This document shows positions 23,068 to 24,000 of a DNA stretch of 24,000 bases, piece after piece; the first letter of the stretch is position 1, and every line of letters begins with the position of its first letter. A program made the position numbers and the translations under genes. This DNA comes from Methylomagnum ishizawai (GTDB lineage: Bacteria > Pseudomonadota > Gammaproteobacteria > Methylococcales > Methylomonadaceae). A model generated the notes under the pieces. It did no database searches. It was not told where the DNA came from and saw nothing but the letters and a program-made list of their open reading frames with translations. The stretch is from contig CAMAVM010000011.1 of assembly GCA_945861705.1 (NCBI GenBank), positions 57,799-81,798 on the forward strand, in the 5' to 3' direction.

Positions 23068-24000
23068 ATGCAATACCCTTCAGAAAATTTACTTGTGCAA
23101 GCGCCCAAGTTGCTCGATCAAGTCAGGGGAAAAATCCGTTTGAAACATTACAGTATCCGTACCGAGCAGGCGTATACGGATTGGATTAAACGTTTTATCC
23201 TGCATTTTGGCAAGCGGCACCCGCGTGATATGGGCGCGGCGGAAGTGGAGCAGTTTTTGACGCATTTGGCGGTGAATGGCAATGTCGCCGCGTCTACGCA
23301 AAATCAGGCCAGGTGCGCTTTGTTGTTCCTTTATAAGGAAGTGTTGGCGATAGAATTGCCTTGGCTGGATAATGTGGCGCAAGCCAAAACGCCTAAGCGT
23401 TTACCTGTGGTGTTGAACCGTGATGAGATTCAGGCGATTTTGTCGCGCTTGAGCGGTACGCAATGGTTGATTGCCAGCTTGCTGTACGGGACGGGAATGC
23501 GGATTATGGAATGTTTGCGCTTGCGGGTGCAGGATATTGATTTTAAACGCCGTGAGATTTTGATCCGTGACGGCAAGGGGTTTAAGGACAGGGTGACGAT
23601 GTTGCCCGTATCTTTGTCGGCAGCATTGCAAGCGCATCTCGCCAAGGTGCGGACGTTGCACGAGGGCGATCTGGCGCAGGGTTTCGGCGCGGTGTACTTG
23701 CCGTATGCCCTTGAACGCAAATATCCCAATGCGGCAAAGGAGTGGATTTGGCAGTATGTGTTTCCTGCGGCTAAAGTTTCAACTGATCCGCGTACTCAGG
23801 CGGTGCGTCGTCATCATGTGCAAGAACAGGCGATACAACGGGCGGTTAAGCAAGCGGTGCGCGATGCGGACTTAACAAAAGCAGCCACGCCGCATACGTT
23901 TCGGCATTCGTTCGCCACCCATTTGCTGGAAGGCGGTTACGATATTCGCACGGTGCAGGAGTTGCTTGGTCATGCGGATGTCAGTACGACGATGATTTAC
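23068..24000 (+). CDS. intI: Integron integrase IntI, truncated at its 3' end by the window edge. An alternative in-frame start is the ATG at 23050.
   Basis: The frame is open to the last base of the window. It is collinear with IntI1: [41 protein letters not shown]. The IntI-specific insertion is present ([21 protein letters not shown]...RRHH), as are [12 protein letters not shown] and [13 protein letters not shown]. Confidence 0.95.
   Translation, partial: MQYPSENLLVQAPKLLDQVRGKIRLKHYSIRTEQAYTDWIKRFILHFGKRHPRDMGAAEVEQFLTHLAVNGNVAASTQNQARCALLFLYKEVLAIELPWLDNVAQAKTPKRLPVVLNRDEIQAILSRLSGTQWLIASLLYGTGMRIMECLRLRVQDIDFKRREILIRDGKGFKDRVTMLPVSLSAALQAHLAKVRTLHEGDLAQGFGAVYLPYALERKYPNAAKEWIWQYVFPAAKVSTDPRTQAVRRHHVQEQAIQRAVKQAVRDADLTKAATPHTFRHSFATHLLEGGYDIRTVQELLGHADVSTTMIY

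Larger units (their letters stand above)
15584..24000. mobile_element. Chromosomal (sedentary-type) integron: intI, an inserted TA operon, an intI 5' remnant, attI, and about 10 cassettes.
   Basis: The call rests on the integrase signature together with nine attC sites of one family spaced 370-990 bp apart. Each attC abuts an ORF stop. Most cassette ORFs point away from intI. Confidence 0.85.

Noticed and set aside
23089-23729. Minus-strand ORFs 23089-23382, 23401-23661 and 23430-23729.
   Set aside because: They are antisense to the unmistakable IntI reading frame on the plus strand. They are R/Q/H-rich shadow ORFs. They appear in the track only because intI itself has no stop in the window.

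Overview
The window looks like a gammaproteobacterial-type chromosome with three parts.

(1) 1-7.3 kb:
- An orphan, 5'-truncated and frameshifted RHS C-terminal toxin module.
- Housekeeping genes: a metallophosphoesterase, a stand-alone EF-G paralog, and divergent suhB / trmJ-cysE.

(2) 7.3-15.4 kb:
- A cluster of four hairpins.
- A decayed two-gene operon: a class-3-lipase-like gene with two in-frame stops and a frameshift, and an upstream gene split by one TGA.
- About 1 kb with no convincing ORF.
- A PEP-CTERM/VPLPA-type secreted protein, an ABC exporter, a YihY/BrkB protein and an LplT-like MFS transporter.

(3) About 15.6-24.0 kb: a chromosomal integron that the ORF track largely hides.
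- An integron integrase (intI) runs on the + strand from 23068 (or 23050) off the window end. It has no stop codon, so it is absent from the track.
- An attI-like core lies at about 22154-22175.
- About ten cassettes are delimited by nine clear attC sites of one sequence family (YTAAC-G...AGCTAA / TTGAGCG...GTTAGRY).

Most notable observations:
- A DUF433/DUF5615 toxin-antitoxin operon sits between attI and intI. It is flanked by diverged direct repeats of the intI 5' end, and its stop codon lies 3 nt before an in-frame ATG of the intI frame.
- A cassette carries a SeqA homologue with its own near-consensus promoter, oriented against the array.
- Two cassettes encode nuclease-like proteins.
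- One cassette holds two translationally coupled genes.
- A dispersed twin-hairpin repeat occurs both inside the integron and downstream of fusA/suhB.

All calls come from reading the sequence by eye. No searches were run.
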